Sequence record: KX879627.1
Length of the DNA: 24,000 nucleotides
Origin: Campylobacter phage vB_CjeM_Los1
Reading direction: 5' to 3' (one strand)
Below the pieces are notes generated by a model. It searched no databases and was not told the origin of the DNA. It worked only from the letters and a program-made list of their open reading frames with translations. Positions within the stretch are counted from its first letter, which is position 1. Each line of letters begins with the position of its first letter. The position numbers and the translations under genes were made by a program. This document shows, piece after piece, positions 15,592-24,000 of the stretch.

Positions 15592-16245
15592 ATGGAATTA
15601 GAAGTTTGGAAAGGAAAACATTCCATTTTATTAAATAAATTATATAATGATAATAATTATGTTTATGACAGCGATATTATTGATGTTTTAGTATATAAAT
15701 GCCTAAACCAACCTAAATATATTACAAATGATGAGGCTAGATTTCTATTTTTTAAGAAATATTTCTCTGAAGTATGTAGTGAAATAGATTCTAGTTTTAA
15801 ATGCCCATACTGTAATGAAATGAATAACATAAAATTTACTAATGATGATATCTCTATAACCGAATACTCGTTAGAACCTATTGAAATAAATGTAGATAAT
15901 ATTATTGTTACAATTTATTTTAAAAAAGAATTATCACAAGATGACTCTTTATGCCTTATTACAGAAACAAAAAACATGATAGACCACGAGAAGAGATTAT
16001 TAGAATTATACTATATGATTGATTATATTTCTATAAATGGTGAAGAATTAAGAGGTAATTATATTATATTTGAAAAATATATTAATGAACTCCCATTATC
16101 ATGTTTTAATAAAATATTTGATTATTTTAGAGATTCTATACCAAAACATAGTATTATTAAAAGTTGCTCTTGTAAAAATTGTAATAGTGAAATAAATGTT
16201 GAATTAAAAGAATTACCTGAATCTGTTAGAAGGAATTTATTTTGA
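15592..16245 (+). CDS. Baseplate hub/assembly protein candidate with CxxC pairs (T4 gp26/gp51-type)
   Basis: FKCPYCNEMNN and CSCKNCNSEINVELKEL; syntenic and pattern-similar to the next ORF. Confidence 0.5.
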   Translation: MELEVWKGKHSILLNKLYNDNNYVYDSDIIDVLVYKCLNQPKYITNDEARFLFFKKYFSEVCSEIDSSFKCPYCNEMNNIKFTNDDISITEYSLEPIEINVDNIIVTIYFKKELSQDDSLCLITETKNMIDHEKRLLELYYMIDYISINGEELRGNYIIFEKYINELPLSCFNKIFDYFRDSIPKHSIIKSCSCKNCNSEINVELKELPESVRRNLF

Positions 16246-16904
16246 CAAAAGATATTATCATTAATAATAGGCATTACTGTTTAAATGTATGGAAGATAAA
16301 AGATGAAATAGGTATATTACATCAATTTATTGATTGGATTGAACTACCATTAGAAGATCAAGTAAATAAAATAGCTGATATATTGATACCACAAACAAAA
16401 GATTTGGATTATATTTCAAGATTATATATTATGATAATATTATCGTCTTATGCTAATGGTGATTATAGTGATATACTACTAACTTGTCCACATTGTGGTA
16501 ATCCTATTGATACAAGAATAAACATAAGAGAGAATTTAGAATTTATACCTCCAAAAACTGTTGAAGTTGAAATTAACAATAAAAAACATACTATTTCAAA
16601 ACAAAATATTGAGTTATGTAATGAGTTACCATTAAAAGATTATAACTCTATTTTAAATCAATTAAATGATGATGGTGATTTAAAATTATGTGCTAAAGTA
16701 AAATGTATTATGTGTAATAATGATGTTTTAGCTATAAGAGAATTAAAAGATTTATTTGAAAACTATATTATAATGCTTGATTTGGAATGGTATTATTCTA
16801 CACTTAAATATTTTATATCACAATTAGGTTTTAGTAAAACAGATTTTGATAGTTTATATCCTTTTGAAATTGAATTGTTAACAAACGAGGATAAAGATGA
16901 GTGA
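16242..16904 (+). CDS. Baseplate hub/assembly protein candidate with CxxC pairs (T4 gp26/gp51-type)
   Basis: LTCPHCGNPIDTRINI and VKCIMCNNDVLAIREL; ELPLKDYNSIL resembles T4 baseplate family proteins. Confidence 0.5.
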   Translation: MTKDIIINNRHYCLNVWKIKDEIGILHQFIDWIELPLEDQVNKIADILIPQTKDLDYISRLYIMIILSSYANGDYSDILLTCPHCGNPIDTRINIRENLEFIPPKTVEVEINNKKHTISKQNIELCNELPLKDYNSILNQLNDDGDLKLCAKVKCIMCNNDVLAIRELKDLFENYIIMLDLEWYYSTLKYFISQLGFSKTDFDSLYPFEIELLTNEDKDE

Positions 16905-19566
16905 TATTATTAAAATAGATGGCCAAATGGTTTCATTAGACGCAAATTCTTTAAAAGATGCTTCTATTGAAACTATTGCTAAAATATTAAATTATACTGA
17001 AGATACATTTAAACCTTTGCTAGATTATATGTCTAATAATGGAATCCCTTATTATATGATTTTATATGGAAGATTTAATAATGAGTCTTTATATAAGCAA
17101 ATGGGAATAAACATTCTAAAGACATTAGGTGCTGTTGCAATGTTATTCCCACCTGTAAGGTTAGTAGGATCAGGTTCTAGAGTTATTACTGTTGTACCAA
17201 AATTAGTATTTAGTAAAGGTGGATTAGTAAATGTTACATTAATATCTGCTGGTGCAGCTTTAAAAACAGAAGAAAATAATGAGCTATATACACTTGAAAC
17301 TATGCTTAAAAATGCAATTGTGTTTGTATTTGAAGATGTTATAGTTAGCACTTTTAAAATGGCTAAAGATGGTATAATGAAATTAAGTTTAAGCATAGCT
17401 GAAAAAATAAAAAAAGATGGAAGTGTTTTGGTTAACGGATTACCTATATACTTATATACAGATCTTGATAACATGGATCCAACTTTATTATCAAAAAACT
17501 CAGAAACTTACGATAAATTAAGACCTGATTTATTAATTATTTTTGAATACATCACAACTCAAGCTAAAACTAATAAATTTGTTGATAATTATTATTTTGA
17601 ATCTTTAAGTTTAATGAAGGAAAAAGATCCAAAACTATATTCAATGGTAAAGAATTCAATATTTGGAAAACAACATGTAAGACAAGGATTTATAAGGCTT
17701 GTACACAATGCAATGTATTATTTTTCAAATTCTTATGAAGTAACATATGATGATTTTAATGATAACATAGATGATGTCCTACCATCTAATATATTAAATG
17801 ATTTTAAAAAAATGATTTTGGACAATTCTTTAGAACCATTAAAAGACAAAAAAGGGAAACAAAAAACATCACTATTTGGTGATAAATTATATAAAGTAGT
17901 ATATGATAAAAGTGCTTCACAAAGTTATAATATTGGAGATGTACAAGATCTTAATAGGTTGACAAAAGCACAATTTTTTAATGTGAATAAAAAACTTCAA
18001 AATCAGACAGTTTTGAGTCAATTTGATATAGAACCACAGAAAACAGAAAAAAATACTGCAAATGTTTCAACACCATCTACTATAGTAGGAAGAGTAAATT
18101 CTGTACTACAAAAACATGTAGGTAGGGCAAAATTAACATCAGAAGGAGTTGCTCATGTTAAAAAATATGGTATTACTACAACAAAGTCAAGTCTTACTTT
18201 AGAAGGTTTTGATCCATCTAAATATTATTTTTCATATAGTGGTACTGAACCATTTAATACTGGTATAGGAAAATTAGATTCAAACCTTTTATACAATTTA
18301 AATCTAATGGCTTATGACTATTTTAATACATATAAAAAACAATTTATTGTAGCTTCTGGTTATAGAAGTATGGAATCACAGCAAAAATTATATAATAATT
18401 TTATAAATGGTAAGGGTAGTCCTGCAAACAGACCTGGATATTCATTACATGAATATGGTATGGCAGTAGATATTAATAGTGCAGATGCAATAAAATTAGA
18501 TTCTAGTGGAATGCTTTCAAAATATGATTTTTGGAGACCTATACCAAATAAGGAACCTTGGCATGTTCAACCAAAAAACATTACTGATAAAAACGGTGAT
18601 GGTATGCTTGAAGCTGATATCATTGAAACTAAAAAGAAACAAGCAAATACATTGCAAAAGACAAAACCTATAAGTACTACTATTACTCCAATTAATACAA
18701 ATGTAAAAAAACAATTATCTACAAGTACAATAGTTTCTACTTCTGGTAAATATTATTCTATAAATATAGGTAGATCTATGTATGTTTCTAATATAAAACA
18801 AGAAAAACCTATAAAAGCAAATACAAGAGATGTTAAACCAACCACAAATAAAGCTATAACAGATACAAAAACTATTGAACCAACTGCAAATAAAGAAGTT
18901 ATAACAGATATAAAAACAAAACCTATTAATCATTCTAATATATCAAGAAAGTATGCTCCAGAGGATACAATTGAAATTAATAAAGAAGTTATAACAGATA
19001 TAAAAACAAAACCTATTAATCATTCTAATATATCAAGAAAGTATGCTCCAGAGGATACAATTGAAATTAATAAAGAAGTAAAGAGATTGGGTGATGAGTT
19101 TACACCAAAAAATAATAAAGGTGCATCTATTCCTGGAGATATAGGATACAAAGATAATAGCAATGGTGTATCTATTCCTGGAGATATAGGATACGAGGAG
19201 AAAAAAATAGCAACTTCTTATGATGTTAAAACCCAAAAGGCAAAAAATATAACTTATAAAAAAGGAAAAGATGATAATACCTATTATACATCAGATGGTA
19301 ATTTTATTACCAAGAAAACAAAAACATATGATGATGGAACTAAAGAAGATTACTATTTAACAAATACTGGTCTTGAATTAACAGAAAATATGTTACAAAA
19401 TGATACAGACGAACAATTTACTGAAATGTCAGGATTGTCAAAGGATCAGTTTCAAAAAGGTATTAATTTAATAAATAATAAACAATCTTCTACTAATGGA
19501 GACAGTGATAAACCTTCTGTTGATGCTGTCAAATCAGTTGAAATTACAAAGAAATTAGGATTATAA
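16897..19566 (+). CDS. Large virion protein with M15-type (VanY/endolysin-like) peptidoglycan peptidase domain
   Basis: IVASGYRSMESQQKLYNNF, SLHEYGMAVDINSAD, DFWRPIPNKEPWHVQP (SxHxxGxAxD and EPWH zinc-peptidase motifs) in an 889-aa ORF; low-complexity repeat C-terminus. Confidence 0.85.
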   Translation: MSDIIKIDGQMVSLDANSLKDASIETIAKILNYTEDTFKPLLDYMSNNGIPYYMILYGRFNNESLYKQMGINILKTLGAVAMLFPPVRLVGSGSRVITVVPKLVFSKGGLVNVTLISAGAALKTEENNELYTLETMLKNAIVFVFEDVIVSTFKMAKDGIMKLSLSIAEKIKKDGSVLVNGLPIYLYTDLDNMDPTLLSKNSETYDKLRPDLLIIFEYITTQAKTNKFVDNYYFESLSLMKEKDPKLYSMVKNSIFGKQHVRQGFIRLVHNAMYYFSNSYEVTYDDFNDNIDDVLPSNILNDFKKMILDNSLEPLKDKKGKQKTSLFGDKLYKVVYDKSASQSYNIGDVQDLNRLTKAQFFNVNKKLQNQTVLSQFDIEPQKTEKNTANVSTPSTIVGRVNSVLQKHVGRAKLTSEGVAHVKKYGITTTKSSLTLEGFDPSKYYFSYSGTEPFNTGIGKLDSNLLYNLNLMAYDYFNTYKKQFIVASGYRSMESQQKLYNNFINGKGSPANRPGYSLHEYGMAVDINSADAIKLDSSGMLSKYDFWRPIPNKEPWHVQPKNITDKNGDGMLEADIIETKKKQANTLQKTKPISTTITPINTNVKKQLSTSTIVSTSGKYYSINIGRSMYVSNIKQEKPIKANTRDVKPTTNKAITDTKTIEPTANKEVITDIKTKPINHSNISRKYAPEDTIEINKEVITDIKTKPINHSNISRKYAPEDTIEINKEVKRLGDEFTPKNNKGASIPGDIGYKDNSNGVSIPGDIGYEEKKIATSYDVKTQKAKNITYKKGKDDNTYYTSDGNFITKKTKTYDDGTKEDYYLTNTGLELTENMLQNDTDEQFTEMSGLSKDQFQKGINLINNKQSSTNGDSDKPSVDAVKSVEITKKLGL
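18889..19080 (+). repeat. 90-bp direct repeat, two identical copies plus an 11-bp third start
   Basis: 18889-18978 and 18979-19068 are identical (NKEVITDIKTKPINHSNISRKYAPEDTIEI); 19069-19079 restarts the unit. Confidence 0.95.
19120..19193 (+). repeat. Imperfect 45-bp direct repeat (GxSIPGDIGY)
   Basis: GGTG(C/T)ATCTATTCCTGGAGATATAGGATAC starts at 19120 and 19165. Confidence 0.85.
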
Positions 19567-19567
19567 C

Positions 19568-20524
19568 ATGGCTGAAGTAATTAATATACCTGGATTAGAT
19601 AATGAAAAATATTTAGTTAAAATAACAGCTTACGATATTGATAATTTAGGTATAGGGAAGGAAGTTATGGATTCCTGGGATGATTTGATAAAAAAAGTTG
19701 ATGAAAGCGGATCAACTGATATTAACTCAGAAGGAGAGTACTCATCTATAGATCAGCTATCCGAAACTTCAAGTAATATATTAAAACGCACAGTTGAGCT
19801 AATGATTGACAGGGATTCTGCTATTATATCAACAGATGCTGCTGGGACATTTTATTTCCCTCTGCCAAATTCATTATCAGATCAATATGTACAATCATAT
19901 GAAGTACAGTCTATGAATTTATTAGGTAGTGCTATTTCAAAAGCAAGTAGTTATGCAGGTCAAACTTCTATAAAAAATATGTCTGAACAAGCATTAAAAA
20001 GAAGTGGTATTCAACTAGATCCTAACATTTTATCAATATATAGGTCATCAAATCCTAGAAATATAGATATGTCTTGGAATATAATACCAAAATCAAGAAA
20101 ACAATATGACGCTTATGTTGCTCAAATAAGTAAGTTAAAAAACTGGACAAAAGCTAAAAGGAACCCTATTACTTTAGGTAGTGTAGGAAACATAATACCT
20201 ATGAACTTTTTGATTATGAAATACATTTTTTGTATAGAAATTATCTCATTACAAAATGATAAAACACCTTTAGTTTCAAACCTATTAAGTGCTTCAAGAG
20301 ATGTTACAGAAGGTTTCTTTATATCTTTGATAAATACTAATATAGGGTCAAGGCAACTAATGTTGAGACATGATGGTAATCCGACTGAATTTTCTCTTAG
20401 TATTCAATTTATTGAAAGGAAACCTTTATGGAGAGATGATTGGGAAAAGAAAATAAATAGCCTATATAACGATCAAGGTAAATCAGAAACTTCTTTGAAA
20501 GAAGATGATATTTATAAAGAATAG
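19568..20524 (+). CDS. Baseplate/tail-tube initiator-like structural protein
   Basis: IVRS-type structural context; LMLRHDGNPTEFSLSIQFIERKPLWRDD parallels the 20901..21662 protein. Confidence 0.5.
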   Translation: MAEVINIPGLDNEKYLVKITAYDIDNLGIGKEVMDSWDDLIKKVDESGSTDINSEGEYSSIDQLSETSSNILKRTVELMIDRDSAIISTDAAGTFYFPLPNSLSDQYVQSYEVQSMNLLGSAISKASSYAGQTSIKNMSEQALKRSGIQLDPNILSIYRSSNPRNIDMSWNIIPKSRKQYDAYVAQISKLKNWTKAKRNPITLGSVGNIIPMNFLIMKYIFCIEIISLQNDKTPLVSNLLSASRDVTEGFFISLINTNIGSRQLMLRHDGNPTEFSLSIQFIERKPLWRDDWEKKINSLYNDQGKSETSLKEDDIYKE

Positions 20525-20539
20525 AAAGGATGCAATTTT

Positions 20540-20893
20540 ATGAATGATACACAAACTATCCAAATATTTGATTTAATAGGTGACTCACAAGCTAGAGATT
20601 ATATTGCTATAAAAGCTTATAAAATAGGAAGTGATGTATCGGGTATAAAAGATAGCATTAATAATATTTTAGATGATGATCCATCAAAAGCATTTGATAA
20701 TATTTTAAACATGGCAGAGAATAATATTTCAAATATTATAAACCCATCTAATTGGGAGGCAGGACCTAAATTAAAACCTGGTGTGCCATGTGAATACATT
20801 TGGATATTACCTATACCATCATCTTTAGCAGAAGCATTTAGCCATGAATTTAATCAAGATGAAATAGATCCAATAGGTGATATGATAGGATAA
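20540..20893 (+). CDS. Small baseplate/tail structural protein
   Basis: GVPCEYIWILPIPSSLAEAFSHEFNQDEI resembles the xYLPIPxxl...y..ey segment of gp48/gp54-type proteins. Confidence 0.45.
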   Translation: MNDTQTIQIFDLIGDSQARDYIAIKAYKIGSDVSGIKDSINNILDDDPSKAFDNILNMAENNISNIINPSNWEAGPKLKPGVPCEYIWILPIPSSLAEAFSHEFNQDEIDPIGDMIG

Positions 20894-20900
20894 TAAAATT

Positions 20901-21662
20901 ATGGCATCTATAAGATCATTTGCGAATTTTTTAAAAAAGGGCCCTAAAAAAGTACATAATACAGAAGTACCACCACATACAATAAAATCTAACAAACCAA
21001 AACCTAATAAAATGTCTACAGTTAAAGGTAAAATTAAAAAAGGTGGTGCTATAGTTGGAATGGCAACTGGTGCAGCATTACCTTTTGGGTATAATCTACT
21101 AAAACGGAATAATATCAGGACTGACCCTCATATTATTAATACATATAATGGAACACCAAATAGGGTATTTAATTTTGAAACTATTCTTTTACCTAATAAT
21201 GCAAAACATGCAGAGGATATTGTTAAGGCGTTATTACAGTTAAAATCAATAATGACTGGGACTCAATTGGGTACAGATAAAACTGGATTATTAATATCAC
21301 AAGATTATGTTTTTACAATAGAATTTGGATCTAAAGATCCAGCTAAAGGTGAACAGCTTAAAAAAGTATTAAATGAACTTTTACAGCTAAATCATGAAGA
21401 AAACGGAGAAACTGAATTAAATCTTAAAATGTGTAATATTAATTACATGGGTCAGGCATCTGCTTTATATGGAAACGGATTACCAAGAGATTTATCTATT
21501 GCGTTACAATTTGAAGAAAAACGACCTTTAAGAATGACATCAGATATTGTTGAAACAACTGATACATCAAATCCAAATGGGAATGAAAAAATATCAGAAC
21601 CTAATATAGGACTAACAGAAGAGGAACTAAATTATAAATATTCACAAGATGAAAATAGTTAA
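20901..21662 (+). CDS. Baseplate/tail-tube associated protein (gp48/gp54-like candidate)
   Basis: LKSIMTGTQLGTDKTGLLISQDYVFTIEFGSK and LPRDLSIALQFEEKRPLRMTSDI; operon context. Confidence 0.5.
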   Translation: MASIRSFANFLKKGPKKVHNTEVPPHTIKSNKPKPNKMSTVKGKIKKGGAIVGMATGAALPFGYNLLKRNNIRTDPHIINTYNGTPNRVFNFETILLPNNAKHAEDIVKALLQLKSIMTGTQLGTDKTGLLISQDYVFTIEFGSKDPAKGEQLKKVLNELLQLNHEENGETELNLKMCNINYMGQASALYGNGLPRDLSIALQFEEKRPLRMTSDIVETTDTSNPNGNEKISEPNIGLTEEELNYKYSQDENS

Positions 21663-21683
21663 TTTATAATACAAGGGCAAGTT

Positions 21684-22145
21684 ATGAAAAATTCTGTTTT
21701 AAATAATAAAATAGTGGTTGATTTCAATGGATTTTCATTATCTCCTACATATTCAGTAAATATACCAAAATTAAGAGAATTTATGAAAAATAACTTATCA
21801 ATGTTTTATGTTAAAGAAATGAATGATAATGTTAGATTTGAAGTATTAGCATTAAGAGAATATAATGATTCATCTTTATGGGATATTTTAATGATTTTAA
21901 ACTTTGGTGAAAATGGTATTCTTAATTTTGCTAAAGGCGATACTTGGGTAAGTGATAATGCTGAAAATCAATATAAAGAACAACAAGAATATTTTTCACC
22001 TAATTTTAAACCTGAAGATTTATATAATCAAATACTATCAAAAATACAAAAAAAGAATGAATCAAGAAGGAAAGTTATTTTTATAAAAAGGCAATTTATA
22101 CCTCAGTTTAAAGAATCCATAAAGGATATGTTAAATGTTTTCTGA
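21684..22145 (+). CDS. Baseplate wedge protein candidate (T4 gp53-like)
   Basis: RFEVLALREYNDSSLWDILMILNFGENGILNFAKGDTWV; position among baseplate genes. Confidence 0.4.
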   Translation: MKNSVLNNKIVVDFNGFSLSPTYSVNIPKLREFMKNNLSMFYVKEMNDNVRFEVLALREYNDSSLWDILMILNFGENGILNFAKGDTWVSDNAENQYKEQQEYFSPNFKPEDLYNQILSKIQKKNESRRKVIFIKRQFIPQFKESIKDMLNVF

Positions 22146-23271
22146 TTTTAAAATTATGCCTGAAGCATATTATGCAATACTTTTATATTCAAATAATAAA
22201 AAATCTGAATTACCACTAGACCCAGCTAATATATCAGATTTTACAATAATCTGGGATTATAATGATTTATGCGTTGAAGGTTATGTTATTTTTAATGATA
22301 CCCAAAAAATAACAGAACTTTTACCACCACATAACGGAATATGTTTTAAAGTTTCATTAAAAGATCACTTTAATATTAAGTTTGAAAGAGTATTTAAGGT
22401 AACAAAAATAGACAGAGATTTTGAAGGTCAATCTGTTGCCACTATAAAGTTTGAGTTAGTTGATGAATATTATAATATGTTTGCTAATACTTTTATTTCA
22501 AAAGGATACAACAATGTAAAGTCAACAGATGTTATTAAAGATATTTTTAGTACAAAGTCTGATTTAATTTCAACACCATTAAATGTTATTATAAAAGATA
22601 CACCTAAAAATACCTATGAGAATTATGTGATACAAGGTAATAAAAATCTATTATATCTTCTAAATAATATGCAAAAATTTGATGACTTACTTATTATTAA
22701 TACTAGAAAAGGTATTGTTGTTATACCTACTGATAATATAGGTAAGTTATCACCTGATCTATCAAAAGTGGTAAAGTTTTCACCAACTCAAACACAAGAA
22801 TATTCACCTTATTCTGTTAAAGACTTTACATTAATACAAGGTGATATGTTAACTCAAAATGCAATTTTACCACCGTCTATAACTTATCAAGTTGATTCAA
22901 AGAAAATTACTAAAGAAGAACATAATACAAAAATATCACATGGTAAAAGTGGTTTAAAAACAAGTTTAACAATAAATGACAAAGATGGTATTCAAGGTAT
23001 AAAAATATTCCCATACTTACATAATATAGTTGATTCAATATATAATACTGAAATATTAGAAAGTTCTGCTATAAATATTAATGTGGCTGGCATGTTTAAC
23101 CATAATTTAATGTGTAAAGTGAGTTTTGATACAAATTCATCTATTGAAACATTAAAATCAAAAATGCCTTATGTTACTGGTGAATATTTTATAACTAAAA
23201 TAATTGATCATATATCATCTGGTAATGTTTTTACACAAACAATAACATTAGGAAGAATAGGTTCTGTATGA
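22135..23271 (+). CDS. Baseplate hub protein candidate (T4 gp27/tail-protein-D-like)
   Basis: 378-aa protein directly upstream of the spike gene; VATIKFELVDEYYNMFANTFISKGY...LLYLLNNMQKFDDLLIINTRKGIVVIP; 11-bp overlap with the upstream ORF. Confidence 0.6.
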   Translation: MFSDFKIMPEAYYAILLYSNNKKSELPLDPANISDFTIIWDYNDLCVEGYVIFNDTQKITELLPPHNGICFKVSLKDHFNIKFERVFKVTKIDRDFEGQSVATIKFELVDEYYNMFANTFISKGYNNVKSTDVIKDIFSTKSDLISTPLNVIIKDTPKNTYENYVIQGNKNLLYLLNNMQKFDDLLIINTRKGIVVIPTDNIGKLSPDLSKVVKFSPTQTQEYSPYSVKDFTLIQGDMLTQNAILPPSITYQVDSKKITKEEHNTKISHGKSGLKTSLTINDKDGIQGIKIFPYLHNIVDSIYNTEILESSAININVAGMFNHNLMCKVSFDTNSSIETLKSKMPYVTGEYFITKIIDHISSGNVFTQTITLGRIGSV

Positions 23272-24000
23272 GAGTAAATGAAAAGAATTTTAAAATATTA
23301 ACACAAACCCTACCTTTTTATAAAGGTGTAATTGAAGATGATAAAGATCCTTTAGAATCACAAAGATATAGAGTAAGAATTATTGGTATAGATGATGAAA
23401 CTATACCTACTGAAACTTTACCTTGGGCTACTTCATTAGATTTTTCTTTATTTTCTGGTATGGGTTTTACAAGTTTTATAAAAAAAGGTGCTTATGTATT
23501 AGTTCATTTATTTCAAAATGATAGAAATCAACCTATTATAATAGGTGTTTTAAAAGGTGTTAATAATCAAAATGAAGAATTACAATCATTTAAAGACCCT
23601 ACAGGTCAATATCCTTTAAATGGTTATAAAAATCAACCTGATACAAACAATAAATCAAAAGGTGAAAAATACTTAAAGAATCAGGTATTTGAAACAGAAT
23701 CAGGGCATTATATGGAATTTGATGATTCAAATGGAGATGAAAGAATACATATATTTCATAGAACTGGTACAGAAATTCTAGTTGATAAAGAAGGTACAGT
23801 AACAATAAATGTTGTAAAAGATAGAAACTTAAATGTTAAAGAGAACCAAACTTCTGTTATAGATAAGAATGATACAACACATATAAAAGAAAATAAAAAC
23901 TTAACTGTTGATAAAGATAATACAACAAATATTAAAGGAAACAACACCATAAATATTGATAAAGACTGTAATATTACAATTAAAGGCGAATGTAATATTA
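23268..24000 (+). CDS. Partial gp5/VgrG-like baseplate spike protein (runs off right edge)
   Basis: Not in ORF track. ATGA overlap with the upstream stop; OB-fold-like YRVRIIGIDDE...KKGAYVLVHLFQNDRNQPIIIGVLKG, then repeats VKDRNLNVKENQTSVIDKNDTTHIKENKNLTVDKDNTTNIKGNNTINIDKDCNITIKG typical of a spike beta-helix. Confidence 0.85.
   Translation, partial: MRVNEKNFKILTQTLPFYKGVIEDDKDPLESQRYRVRIIGIDDETIPTETLPWATSLDFSLFSGMGFTSFIKKGAYVLVHLFQNDRNQPIIIGVLKGVNNQNEELQSFKDPTGQYPLNGYKNQPDTNNKSKGEKYLKNQVFETESGHYMEFDDSNGDERIHIFHRTGTEILVDKEGTVTINVVKDRNLNVKENQTSVIDKNDTTHIKENKNLTVDKDNTTNIKGNNTINIDKDCNITIKGECNI

Noticed and set aside
18889-19080. Mobile-element or recombination-site interpretation of the 90-bp repeat
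   Set aside because: In-frame, multiple of 3, confined to a low-complexity linker; simple tandem duplication explains it.
18517-19236. Minus-strand ORFs opposite the M15 protein (18517..18714, 18715..18933, 19033..19236)
   Set aside because: Shadow frames of a strongly supported plus-strand gene; low-complexity F/Y/C/I-rich translations and no SD.
21633-21640. TATAAATA at 21633-21640 as an internal late promoter for 21684..22145
   Set aside because: 43 nt from the ATG, unlike the 23-26 nt spacing of the others; the motif is expected repeatedly by chance in such AT-rich coding sequence.
23599-23950. Minus-strand ORFs 23599..23805 and 23756..23950
   Set aside because: Antisense to the gp5-like spike ORF that reads through to the window edge on the plus strand.
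1-24000. Anti-phage defence or toxin-antitoxin island
   Set aside because: No recognisable defence effector pairs; gene content is phage replication and baseplate/tail functions.

Overview
AT-rich window of what reads as a T4-type contractile-tail (myovirus) phage genome. The left part (about 1-13900) is almost entirely minus strand and carries replication, nucleotide and host-interaction genes: a clamp-loader ATPase (gp44-like), a candidate gp33-like late coactivator, dUTPase, a COG2509-like FAD oxidoreductase, a DUF3310 protein, a secreted lytic transglycosylase, a short DUF2828/TROVE-superfamily-like protein, and both type II topoisomerase subunits separated by a homing-endonuclease-type gene with five 52-aa zinc-finger repeats, plus an AAA+ ATPase. 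The right part (15592-24000) is a tightly packed plus-strand baseplate/tail operon: two CxxC baseplate proteins, a very large M15-peptidase protein, tube/baseplate proteins, a hub-like protein and a gp5/VgrG-like spike running off the edge. Most interesting: (1) a ~200-nt structured, non-coding minus-strand region (6600-6804) between topoisomerase A and the DUF2828/TROVE-like gene. It has a 22-bp helix whose wobbles only fit the minus-strand RNA, mutually exclusive pairings, and an apparently unpaired anti-Shine-Dalgarno sequence (CCUCCUUUC). It is a candidate phage ncRNA/RNP partner. (2) Two large perfect palindromes (13892-13927 and 15552-15586) that are divergent, overlapping late-promoter-like elements. 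(3) A hairpin that occludes the SD and start codon of the AAA+ gene. (4) Strong hairpins placed on or next to stop codons. Family assignments come from reading motifs by eye; no database search was run.
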